DNA from: Bacteroidota bacterium
GTDB lineage: Bacteria > Bacteroidota > Ignavibacteria > Kapaibacteriales > NICIL-2
Assembly: GCA_046052705.1 (NCBI GenBank)
Contig: JBJOLU010000013.1
Location: forward strand, 1-38,026
DNA: 38,026 bases
Reading direction: 5' to 3'
Positions 1-8,528 of the stretch are shown piece after piece; the stretch's first letter is position 1, and each line of letters begins with the position of its first letter. Below the pieces are notes generated by a model that saw only the letters and a list, made by a program, of their open reading frames with translations, was not told where the DNA came from and searched no databases. Position numbers and translations under genes: made by a program.

Positions 1-1535
1 TCGTCTTCAAAAGCGTAGATATACTCAACAGTCTTATCAAGAAACGCGCGATCGTGCGACACCACAAGCAGCACGCCTTTGAACGCCACAAGGTATTCCT
101 CCAGGGCCGAGAGCGTGGCCAAATCGAAATCGTTTGTAGGCTCGTCCAGAAGCAGCACGTTGGGGTTTGCCATAAGCACCCGGCATAGCTCCAAGCGTCT
201 GCGCTCACCACCGCTCAGTGTTTCCACTCTGGATCCATGCCGATGCGAGGGAAATCGAAAACGTTCCAGAAGTTCACGAGCCGATAGGTATTTCTCGCGG
301 CCTACACCGCCGTCTATATACTCGGCTACGGCGCGCACAGCGCCTATCACTGTTTGCGTGGGCGGCAGGTGCGGAACTTCTTGCTTGAAGTATCCAATGG
401 TCACGGTATCGCCTATACGCACCGATCCGGTGTCCGGCGGAATGAATCCGGCAAGCACATTCAGCAGCGTGGATTTGCCGGCACCGTTGGGTCCTATAAA
501 TCCAATCTTATCACCGGGTGCGGCCGAATATTCGAAGTCGCGAAACACAACCTTGTCTCGCATGGTCTTCGAAATATTATAGGCGTCGATAATTCGTCCG
601 CCCAAGAACACCGATCCCACTTCCAGCTCAATGTCTCGCTGCTCGGGCTCGGCTTTCTCTACCTGCATCTTCTCTATCCAGTTGATGCGGCTTTGCTGCT
701 TAGTTCGGCGGGCCTTGGCACCTTTTTGCAACCACGCTAATTCATGGCGCAGCTTGTTGCGCTCGTGGGCTTGGGTGGCGTCGTCGGCAGCAATCATTGC
801 TTCCTTGCGCTCAAGATACTTCTCGAAGTTTCCGTCGAAGGAAAACAAACGTTTCTGATCGAGCTCCACAATTCTGGACGACACCGCGTCCAGGAAATAT
901 CTGTCGTGTGTCACCAGCAGTACACCTTTGGCGCTACGCTGAAGCTCGTCTTGCAGCCATTGCACGATACGTGCATCAAGGTGATTGGTGGGCTCGTCCA
1001 ATATCAGAAGATCGGGCTGCGAAAGCAGTGCGCGCGCCAATGCCACGCGTTTACGCTGGCCACCGCTGAGCGTCATCACATCGGCATCCATTATGGTAAC
1101 ACCAAGAGAATGCAAGAAACCCAAGGCCGTGGAACGCAGATTCCATGCGGACTTTTCGTCGATCTGCAGTGTTACCGCATGCAGCTCTTCTTCCTCCGCA
1201 TCGCTGCGCGAGGCCGCGTTGCACAATTCTTCGTGGCGGCACAGTATGCGATACTCCTCGGGCTTGCCGGACATTACGATATCCAGCACCGACATGTGTT
1301 TGTCGAAGGACGGAAGTTGATTCAGGAATTCGGTTCGAATGGCTTTGTTGAACGCAACCACTCCGGTGTCCGGCTCTTCTTTGCCGGCGATGATATGCAG
1401 CAAGGTGGATTTACCAATGCCGTTGCGACCAATCAGTCCCACGCGGTCGCCCTCTTCCATTCCAAAGGAAATACCTTCGAAGAGCAAAGTCTGCTCGAAG
1501 GATTTAGAAATGTTGCTGATCGAAAATAGATTCAT
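1..1535 (-). CDS. ABC-F family ATPase (Uup/YbiT-like), partial; the C-terminal end runs off the window
   Basis: Hand translation of the minus strand from ATG at 1533-1535 gives MNLFSISNISKSFEQTLLFEGISFGMEEGDRVGLIGRNGIGKST... It has two Walker A loops (GRNGIGKST, GPNGAGKST), two ABC signatures (LSGGQRKRV, LSGGERRRL) and two Walker B motifs (LLILDEPTNHLD, VLLLDEPTNDFD). A charged linker (ERNKLRHELAWLQKGAKARRTKQQSR) joins the halves and there is no TM domain. It is absent from the ORF track because there is no stop inside the window. The + strand ORFs at 79-1632 are its antisense shadows. Confidence 0.9.
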   Translation of the reverse strand, partial: MNLFSISNISKSFEQTLLFEGISFGMEEGDRVGLIGRNGIGKSTLLHIIAGKEEPDTGVVAFNKAIRTEFLNQLPSFDKHMSVLDIVMSGKPEEYRILCRHEELCNAASRSDAEEEELHAVTLQIDEKSAWNLRSTALGFLHSLGVTIMDADVMTLSGGQRKRVALARALLSQPDLLILDEPTNHLDARIVQWLQDELQRSAKGVLLVTHDRYFLDAVSSRIVELDQKRLFSFDGNFEKYLERKEAMIAADDATQAHERNKLRHELAWLQKGAKARRTKQQSRINWIEKMQVEKAEPEQRDIELEVGSVFLGGRIIDAYNISKTMRDKVVFRDFEYSAAPGDKIGFIGPNGAGKSTLLNVLAGFIPPDTGSVRIGDTVTIGYFKQEVPHLPPTQTVIGAVRAVAEYIDGGVGREKYLSARELLERFRFPSHRHGSRVETLSGGERRRLELCRVLMANPNVLLLDEPTNDFDLATLSALEEYLVAFKGVLLVVSHDRAFLDKTVEYIYAFED

Positions 1536-1549
1536 ACGCACGATGGGTG

Positions 1550-3943
1550 CTACCCAAGTACACCCTGCGATGTATCCACCACTGCTTGGTATGCCGCGAA
1601 ATATTGATTGCGATTGTCCATCACGAAAGTAGAGGGGAATTCTTTTTCGTACATGGTGTTTGGGGATGTACCAGCAGCCACGAACACACTGCGAGCCGGG
1701 AGCTCCACTGTTTCGCCGGTGGCAACGGAACGGCCGTTCTCGTCGGTACGGTAGCGCTCGAACACCATGGCGCGAACAGCTTTGTGTTCGTCTAATCGTG
1801 CCTCCAGCGGATTCATGCACTCAAGAATATACACGCCTTCCTCTAGAGCTTTTTCTATCTCCTCGTGATTCAGCCTGTAGGCCGGAGAGTCTTGCATGCG
1901 CTTGCGATACGCCATGGTAACACCACCCCAGGACTGCAAGAGCGGAATAAAGTTCGGCTGCTCACCTGCCAGGTGCGCGCGCTCGCGCTCTGCCACAATT
2001 GCGCGGCCATGTTCGAAAAATTCTTGGGCCACTTGGCGCTCCTCGGCATCGAACATCGACCAAAACGTTTGTTCACCATGCTCGGCTACCAGCACCGATG
2101 CGCGCTGATAAAACTTCTGCACGTGCAGCGGATAGTATGCCATGGCCTCGGTGGTTGTATCAATGCCGGTTAAGCCGCCGCCGATCACCACTACAGGAAG
2201 ACGCATTTGATAGTTGGCCATCGAGCTCAGCTTGGCAGCACCGGTAAGCTGCAGCGACATCAAGAAATCCGATGCTTTGCGAATACCGCGGCTAAGATTA
2301 TTCTTCATAGGAATAATCGTGGGCTTACCTGCACCGGCAGCCAGGCCTATGTGATCAAAGCCCAGTTCCCATGCGTCTTCTATGGTAAGCGTACCGCCAA
2401 AGCGAACGCCATCGAGAATCTTGAATGTGCGCCGACGGCACAGCAAGGTGTGGAGCACCGTCAAAAAGTTTTTATCCCAACGAACAGTGATACCGTATTC
2501 GCTCACGCCGCCAAAACCTTCAAGCACTCGCTCGTCCAGCTCCTGCTCTATCTCGCGGTGATAATCGTACACCGGAGTGGCACTCACCATCCGCGATCCC
2601 ACAAGAGTTTCGGGCAATGGCTCTACTTTCAATCCCTCCACAGCTACCACAGCAAAACCTTCGTTGAGCAGGTGATGAGCCAGCGTGTATCCGGCGGGGC
2701 CCAAGCCCACAACAAGTATCTTTTTACCATTGTATGGAAGCGCGTACGGGCGGCGCAGATTCAGCGGGTTCCACCGAGTAAGCAGCGCATAGATCTCGAA
2801 TCCCCAGGGCAAATCCAATACATCCGTCAGTGCAGATGTCTCCGCAGCCGGAATATTCACCGGCTCCTGCTTTTGGAAAATGCAGCCCTTCATGCAGTCG
2901 TTACAGATACGATGTCCCGTGCCGGCGCACATGGGATTGTTGATCGTGATCATGGCAAGCGCGCCTACGGAATATCCGTCGCGCTTCAGTGCGTGCATTT
3001 CGCTAATGTGTTCGTCCAGCGGGCAACCTTGCAGAGCGATGCCCAAGGGATTTTTCTTCAGTGCGCCCGAGGCATCTTTAGAGCCCTTACTGCAGGAGTC
3101 TTTTTCGCGCTCGTGGCAGATCATGCAATAGTCCACTTCGTACATGATATTCCGAGCATCGAAGCGGCGATCGGTAAGCTTAAAGCCATCGCGGCGGCGA
3201 TAGTGGTGCTCATCGCCCTTGATCAACTCGGGCAGATCCGTGCGCGGACGCTCTGCATGCACCAGATGATCGAAATCTATTTTCTTCGGTGTGCGAGAAC
3301 TGATCCACGTTGCTAGAGTTTGCGGCTGAAGAATTTTGCGCAAGAAATAATAGTCTTCGAGGAGCTCCGAAACCTCTTTGGCTTTGTCGGCGGCGTGCAA
3401 TTCACCCTGAAGTAATTGCTGTAGCTCCGCCGGAACAGACCCGTCGTTTACCTGACCCAAATGCCACACAAGAAGCGCCAGCGCCAGCTCTTCGTCATTC
3501 CAGGGCAGCGCCGGGGTGTTCATGCGAATGTTGCTATACGCCGCACTCAATTCGGTGAATCGCTCCTCGGAGGTGTCTGCCGGCTTGTCTTTTTTTCGAA
3601 GAATTGCTCGCTTAAGAAAATTGCTTTTGAATAGCGTAACTATGCGCTCGTTTACCAGTGATGCGCGCAGACTTTCCACAGAATCATTCACATGAAAAAG
3701 CTTTGCCACGAAAAGCTCGAGCACGCGGGCTGCGTGCAGAAGAATCTCCGATTGCGCCGGATAGGAAAGACCGGCAGCTGCACCCGTGCGCAGGCCATCG
3801 AAATGCGAGAATGCTTCGGGAAATTGCTCTTGGTAAAAAGCATCGAAGGCTGAATGGAGATCGCGAAGACGAAACGGATCATAGAGATCGTTAAAGCGAA
3901 AGCCGTCGATGCCAAGCTCGTCTAGTTGCGGCGCTGATGTCAT
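1550..3943 (-). CDS. Large FeS/FAD-dependent pyridine nucleotide oxidoreductase (GltD / dihydropyrimidine dehydrogenase-like)
   Basis: 821-aa ORF. Two dinucleotide-binding motifs (ILVVGLGPAGYTLAH and VVVIGGGLTGIDT) follow a Cys-rich region (CMICHEREKDSC...GCPLDEHI...CAGTGHRICNDCMKGC) typical of FeS-containing GltD-like enzymes. I moved the start to ATG 3943 (MTSAPQLDELG..., GGAG about 10 nt upstream) because the first 24 codons of the ORF look non-native. The start choice is uncertain. Confidence 0.75.
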   Translation of the reverse strand: MTSAPQLDELGIDGFRFNDLYDPFRLRDLHSAFDAFYQEQFPEAFSHFDGLRTGAAAGLSYPAQSEILLHAARVLELFVAKLFHVNDSVESLRASLVNERIVTLFKSNFLKRAILRKKDKPADTSEERFTELSAAYSNIRMNTPALPWNDEELALALLVWHLGQVNDGSVPAELQQLLQGELHAADKAKEVSELLEDYYFLRKILQPQTLATWISSRTPKKIDFDHLVHAERPRTDLPELIKGDEHHYRRRDGFKLTDRRFDARNIMYEVDYCMICHEREKDSCSKGSKDASGALKKNPLGIALQGCPLDEHISEMHALKRDGYSVGALAMITINNPMCAGTGHRICNDCMKGCIFQKQEPVNIPAAETSALTDVLDLPWGFEIYALLTRWNPLNLRRPYALPYNGKKILVVGLGPAGYTLAHHLLNEGFAVVAVEGLKVEPLPETLVGSRMVSATPVYDYHREIEQELDERVLEGFGGVSEYGITVRWDKNFLTVLHTLLCRRRTFKILDGVRFGGTLTIEDAWELGFDHIGLAAGAGKPTIIPMKNNLSRGIRKASDFLMSLQLTGAAKLSSMANYQMRLPVVVIGGGLTGIDTTTEAMAYYPLHVQKFYQRASVLVAEHGEQTFWSMFDAEERQVAQEFFEHGRAIVAERERAHLAGEQPNFIPLLQSWGGVTMAYRKRMQDSPAYRLNHEEIEKALEEGVYILECMNPLEARLDEHKAVRAMVFERYRTDENGRSVATGETVELPARSVFVAAGTSPNTMYEKEFPSTFVMDNRNQYFAAYQAVVDTSQGVLG

Positions 3944-4650
3944 GGGAACAACACTCCGGTGGCGGAAAAACATTACCTTCATTACGTTGGACCGCAAAGA
4001 TACGGCAAGCGCCACGTGTGATTGTATTTGCGAGAATCAGAGCGCTTTGTATTGAACAGCCGTATTGGAAATCGCGTAGGGTTTCCGCAAGCGGTTTCAA
4101 CTATTGTAATCCGAGGTACGATTGTTTACAGAATATGATCCACCATAAGCGACCCACACACAAACATCTAGTCTCTTGTAAAAACATTTTTCTTGAGTTC
4201 TATTCGCATCTTTTTCCGGTACGGGCAGAATCGCCAACTAATGGATCTCGATTGAATCACTGGACCCAAGTGGTACGTTTAAGGTAAAATGCTATAGTCC
4301 GCCCTCAGCACTACTAATTCACAGATATTCTTTGATGTCACGACTGGGCACAACAGCGTCGACATCTACCTTTGAAATGCCGAAATTCCGGCTATTTTTC
4401 ATCGATTTCGCGTATATAACTCCGTTTTTTCGGCTGCTATTGCAGTATAACTAAGCTCTATCCTATCCTCTACCTTCTCTCATGCATATCACTCCACCAT
4501 TCATAAGATTTCCACCGTCCCACCACTTTTTCCACAAAAAATACCGCGAAGGGTGTAGAACGAAGCCCTGTGCGTTGTATCTTTGTGGCCCTTGAACAAA
4601 AGATCAAGAAAAAGAGCAAGAAAAAATCAAACTATTTGTAAGGTGACTGT

Positions 4651-4797
4651 ATGAAGCGTACGTATCAACCAAGCCGTCGGCGTCGTGCAAACAAGCATGG
4701 TTTCCGCGCCCGCATGGCAACGAAAAATGGCCGTCGCGTTCTTGCTGCCCGTCGTGCAAAAGGTCGTCACAAGTTGACGGTCAGCGACGAGCGTTAG
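4651..4797 (+). CDS. rpmH: 50S ribosomal protein L34
   Basis: Hand translation gives [48 protein letters not shown] (48 aa), the canonical L34 sequence. It is too short for the ORF track. It is followed by rnpA-yidD-yidC, the conserved order. Confidence 0.97.
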   Translation: MKRTYQPSRRRRANKHGFRARMATKNGRRVLAARRAKGRHKLTVSDER

Positions 4798-4822
4798 TAA
4801 CGCAATGGTATTGACTTATGAT

Positions 4823-4870
4823 AAAGCGATAGCGTGGTGAATGTAACCGCACTATCGCTTTTGTGTTTCT
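4823..4870 (+). terminator. Hairpin plus T-tract between rpmH and rnpA (intrinsic terminator or attenuator)
   Basis: AAAGCGATAGCGTGG (4823-4837) pairs with CCGCACTATCGCTTT (4847-4861), with one mismatch and one G-U. It is followed by TTTTGTGTTT. Confidence 0.6.
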
Positions 4871-4877
4871 ACACCCC

Positions 4878-5270
4878 ATGAACCAACTCCGGATCAACTC
4901 TCTTAAAGGAGAACACGCCTTCAACGATGTGTTCCGGTCGGGCCGTAAGGTTCGCGAACCACTGCTTCATTTGTATGTGCGCTTTGCTGAATCGAACGAT
5001 GCGAACCCTGATGAGGTACGAGTGGGGATAGTGGTGCGAAAGAAACTTGTACGCCGCGCGGTAGACAGAGCTTTGTTCAAGCGTCGCATCCGGGCTGCAT
5101 TTAGGTTGTGCGCTCGCGAGCACGCCGATCTGCTGCAAGGAGTTGCTTCGGTGGCTGTTGTTTGGCAAACTCCGTACAAGAGCTACCGCGCCGATGTTTC
5201 CTTTGCGCATGTGTATGCTGCAATCATTCACGCACTTGGCCGAATTCGAAAAAGCACGTCCGGGAGATGA
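4878..5270 (+). CDS. rnpA: Ribonuclease P protein component
   Basis: ORF 4863-5270. It lies directly after rpmH and has a basic RNR-like motif, [19 protein letters not shown]. The GTG at 4863 lies inside the T-tract of the upstream hairpin, so ATG 4878 ([15 protein letters not shown]...) is preferred. The stop overlaps the yidD start (ATGA at 5267-5270). Confidence 0.85.
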   Translation: MNQLRINSLKGEHAFNDVFRSGRKVREPLLHLYVRFAESNDANPDEVRVGIVVRKKLVRRAVDRALFKRRIRAAFRLCAREHADLLQGVASVAVVWQTPYKSYRADVSFAHVYAAIIHALGRIRKSTSGR

Positions 5271-5476
5271 AAACACTTTTACTGATCATCCTGCGTTTTT
5301 ACAAACGCTACATCTCGCCGATGCTGGGTCAGAACTGCAGATTTTCTCCCACGTGTTCGGAGTATGCGATCATTGCTATTGATAGATACGGTGCATTGAA
5401 AGGCACTGGCCTGGCACTCAAGCGTATTGGCCGATGCCATCCGTTTCATCCCGGTGGCATCGACGAAGTTCCGTAG
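5267..5476 (+). CDS. yidD: Membrane protein insertion efficiency factor YidD
   Basis: An internal ATG of ORF 5108-5476 gives [69 protein letters not shown], the hallmark YidD sequence. It has a 4-nt overlap with rnpA. Confidence 0.92.
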   Translation: MKTLLLIILRFYKRYISPMLGQNCRFSPTCSEYAIIAIDRYGALKGTGLALKRIGRCHPFHPGGIDEVP

Positions 5477-5572
5477 CTTGACTATGTTCTTTGCAGTTGT
5501 CGTAGTTTTTGTTTTTGAAGTTATTGTCGTCATCATCACCTTCTTTACCACGTTAGAGTTTTACGGACCTTT

Positions 5573-7378
5573 ATGGACAGACAATCAATCATCGGTTTCG
5601 TTCTCATCGCCATCATCATCACTGTATGGATGGTATATAATTCATCGCACACAGTGCCCGTGCCGCCTGCTCCGGCAGCCGCCCGGCAAACAGCTCCGGA
5701 TGCAGCTACAGCTCCGCCAAGCACTGCATCGTTGCAGAGTAGCGCGCCCGCTGTGGCGTCAGCGCCCGAGAAGCTGGTAAAAGTGGAAACGGATAAGTAC
5801 ACCGCATGGATAAGCTCTAAAGGCATGACCATCGCCCGCTTCGAGCTCAAGGGTTTTCAGTCTCACAGCAACACTCCCGTTCAATTGATCAAGCAGGGAG
5901 AGCATGCATTGGGCCTCACCTTTACCGGAAACCAAGGCAAGCCGGTGGACACTCGTAAACTGGACGCTACATTTATCGATCTTCCCTATGAACCGATTGT
6001 GCTTACGGGCACTGCCGCCAAAACTTTGCGAAGCCGCATGGACATTGGCAATGGCGCCTCTATTGAGCGCACACTCACCTTTACCGGCAATGTGTATCAT
6101 ATCGACGCAGGCTTTACCCTGACGAACATGGATAATGCTATGCCGTCCACGCAGCGCTGGTTCGATATATCGTGGGAGCGGGGATTGCAGTATCAGGAAG
6201 GAAACAGTGTAGAGGAATCCAACGGAGCCATTGCCTATGCATCCATGAATGGATCGCTGGAGGAACTTGATGCGCCCAAATACAACGAGCCGGTGTCGTC
6301 ACACCAGTCCGGAAAAGTTGATTTCATCGGAACCAAGACCAAGTACTTTTCCGCCGCCTTGCTGAATCCTAACTCGAACGGTGAAGACACCTACTATCTG
6401 GACGGTGTGCGCTATGGCGCGCCGGACAATGGCGTTGTGGAAGAGTATTCCTTCTCCTTGCGTGTCCCCTACCGTGGCGGCGTGCAAAGCTCGCAATACA
6501 GGTTGTACCTTGGTCCGCTGGACTACGACATTGTAAAAGAGTATGGCATGGCTTCTACCGTGAACTTCGGCTGGAAGTGGTTAGTGCGCCCCATCGGCGA
6601 GTTTTTCATGCTTCCGGTATTCACAACCATCTACAAGTTTTTGCCAAACTTCGGCGTGGCCATCATTGTGTTCTCGCTGTTGATGAAGCTGCTGTTGTAT
6701 CCGTTGTCGATGGGACAAATTCAGTCGGCGCAAAAGATGAAAGTACTGCAGCCGGAAGTAGAAAAGTTGCGCAAGAAATTCGCGGACGATCCCACCGGTA
6801 TGCAGCAAGCGCAAATGAAACTCTTTGGCGAGTACGGCATCAATCCAATGGGCGGATGCTTGCCGCTGCTACTGCAGATGCCTATTCTCTATGCCTTGTA
6901 TTCAGTGCTTACATCGAACATTCATATGCGGCATGCAATGTTTGTTCAAGGATGGATTCCCGATCTTTCGGTGCCCGATCACATTCTTACGCTGCCGTTC
7001 TCGGTGCTTGGTGTGCATGCACTATCCGGCATGGCACTTATTATGGGTATTACCATGTTTATTCAGCAACGAATGACGGTAACCGATCCCAGCCAACAAG
7101 CCATGGTGTACATGATGCCGGTGATGATGACCATGATGTTCTCGAATCTGCCTTCGGGATTAAATCTTTATTATCTCACCTTCAACTTCCTAGGCATTGC
7201 CCAGCAAGTGTACATGACCAAATTCTCGAAGAGTAAGATTACCCTGGAGGATTTGAAACGTATGCCAAAAAAGGAGTCGTGGCTACAGAAACGGCTGCAG
7301 ATGGCGCAAGAGATGGCCGAGGCCCAAGGCCGGATGCCGCAGCAGCAAAAACGTGCACCGAAGCGCTCCAAGAAATAA
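5573..7378 (+). CDS. yidC: Membrane protein insertase YidC
   Basis: 601 aa with an N-terminal TM anchor, a large periplasmic domain and the C-terminal 60-kDa-IMP core (LLMKLLLYPLSMGQIQSAQKMKVLQPEVEKLRKKF...GINPMGGCLPLLLQMPILYALY). Synteny with rpmH-rnpA-yidD supports the call. Confidence 0.95.
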   Translation: MDRQSIIGFVLIAIIITVWMVYNSSHTVPVPPAPAAARQTAPDAATAPPSTASLQSSAPAVASAPEKLVKVETDKYTAWISSKGMTIARFELKGFQSHSNTPVQLIKQGEHALGLTFTGNQGKPVDTRKLDATFIDLPYEPIVLTGTAAKTLRSRMDIGNGASIERTLTFTGNVYHIDAGFTLTNMDNAMPSTQRWFDISWERGLQYQEGNSVEESNGAIAYASMNGSLEELDAPKYNEPVSSHQSGKVDFIGTKTKYFSAALLNPNSNGEDTYYLDGVRYGAPDNGVVEEYSFSLRVPYRGGVQSSQYRLYLGPLDYDIVKEYGMASTVNFGWKWLVRPIGEFFMLPVFTTIYKFLPNFGVAIIVFSLLMKLLLYPLSMGQIQSAQKMKVLQPEVEKLRKKFADDPTGMQQAQMKLFGEYGINPMGGCLPLLLQMPILYALYSVLTSNIHMRHAMFVQGWIPDLSVPDHILTLPFSVLGVHALSGMALIMGITMFIQQRMTVTDPSQQAMVYMMPVMMTMMFSNLPSGLNLYYLTFNFLGIAQQVYMTKFSKSKITLEDLKRMPKKESWLQKRLQMAQEMAEAQGRMPQQQKRAPKRSKK

Positions 7379-7450
7379 TACGGCATACAGCATGCGTTAG
7401 AGTTGGCCTCCTGGTGGCTTTATCGTATCCGCTTCTTTAGACCTTGCGCA

Positions 7451-7487
7451 AAGGCCTCCTGCATCTGGGAGGCCTTTGTTGTATATT
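7451..7487 (+). terminator. Rho-independent terminator after yidC
   Basis: AAGGCCTCC (7451-7459) pairs perfectly with GGAGGCCTT (7468-7476) around an 8-nt loop, followed by TGTTGTATATT. It lies inside the 5' part of ORF 7444-8478, which argues for a later start for that gene. Confidence 0.7.
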
Positions 7488-7500
7488 GCCGCGTACCACG

Positions 7501-8478
7501 ATGCTTTATCCTGCCATGGCTTCTTCGCGATTTCGGAATATCGAACTGCGCAAAAGCACTGCTTCTCAACTGGTGCTTTTCTTTGCCATTCTGGTAGCAG
7601 CTTCATTCCTGTTTCTTAAAGGTGCGGTGATGCCGCTTGCGGATTCTGTGTTCCGCAATTCCTTCAAAGCCGAACTATTCACCAGCGGCGAGAACCTGAA
7701 TGAGTGGACCAATTGGAAGGTAGTTGTAGAGCCGGGCAAATCCTCTCGCGCCAACACCTATGGCGAAGAGAACGAAACCAAGGTGTATTACTTCGATCCT
7801 GTGCTTGCTACGTTGCCGTTGGTATTCGGTGCGGGTGCATTCATTGCCGTGATTGCCTGCGCTATAGTGGCACCGGGATTAGGACTCATTCGCCAAAAAA
7901 TTGAGCGAGAGATTATTAATGCACTTCATCACTATGCGCGCATCGAGTATGCGGAGCATACCGACGAAGATCTACTGGAACTTTCGGAGACCATTGCCAA
8001 AGCCGACGTTCATCGCCTTCATGAACTTGAAGATCATTGGCACACCTCGGTAGCAGACCTGGAAACATTGCAGCGTGCCGTGCTGTGGCGCCGACGCTCG
8101 CTGTTCGGACGCCTTGTGCATCTTCCGGATGCGTTGTCGTTATATATGCAGCAACACTTCACCATTCGGTACGAAAATTCCATGATGGGATTGATCTACA
8201 TTGGTGCCGCTGTGTTGATTATTATCATCGGTTTGCGAGGCTTACAGTTTATACCCAAAGACTCTCCCTCGCTGGTGCTCTTTGCCATTAGTCTGGAGTT
8301 TATTCTGCTTATCGTGTATGCCTTCACGCTGATGTACACCAAAGCAGAAGACAAGACCGAATCGGCAGACATGGGTATGTCTGATATGCAAACCATGTTT
8401 GGCGCAACATCTTCGGGATCGTCCAGCCGTCAGGCAGAAAAACTGTTGCGCATGTTTGTGTCCGGTCCGCATTCGTAG
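7501..8478 (+). CDS. Hypothetical integral membrane protein (about 4 TM) with a roughly 100-aa helical cytoplasmic loop
   Basis: ORF 7444-8478, with the start moved past the yidC terminator to ATG 7501 (ATG 7516 is an alternative). Hydrophobic spans are QLVLFFAILVAASFLFL, LPLVFGAGAFIAVIACAIVAPGLGLI, GLIYIGAAVLIIIIGL and LVLFAISLEFILLIVYAFTLMY. The loop between TM2 and TM3 is charged and helical (EREIINALHHYARIEYAEHTDEDLLELSE...). I recognise no family. Confidence 0.6.
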   Translation: MLYPAMASSRFRNIELRKSTASQLVLFFAILVAASFLFLKGAVMPLADSVFRNSFKAELFTSGENLNEWTNWKVVVEPGKSSRANTYGEENETKVYYFDPVLATLPLVFGAGAFIAVIACAIVAPGLGLIRQKIEREIINALHHYARIEYAEHTDEDLLELSETIAKADVHRLHELEDHWHTSVADLETLQRAVLWRRRSLFGRLVHLPDALSLYMQQHFTIRYENSMMGLIYIGAAVLIIIIGLRGLQFIPKDSPSLVLFAISLEFILLIVYAFTLMYTKAEDKTESADMGMSDMQTMFGATSSGSSSRQAEKLLRMFVSGPHS

Positions 8479-8528
8479 GTAATGACGAGAAATCGCCGTC
8501 GTTCATTCTCACAATGGTATAGGCCAGT

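Noticed and set aside
79-1632. Several overlapping + strand ORFs (79-582, 354-740, 744-1529 and others).
   Set aside because: They are antisense shadows of the minus-strand ABC-F gene, whose motifs are unambiguous. Their translations are low-complexity and Arg/Ser-rich with no motifs.
2207-3316. A 369-aa + strand ORF.
   Set aside because: It lies entirely inside, and antisense to, the well-supported oxidoreductase gene, and it has no recognisable motifs.
3937-4287. A 116-aa + strand ORF in the long spacer upstream of rpmH.
   Set aside because: Its composition is atypical (Arg/Cys/His-rich, no motifs) and it overlaps the 5' end of the oxidoreductase ORF. It is more likely non-coding.
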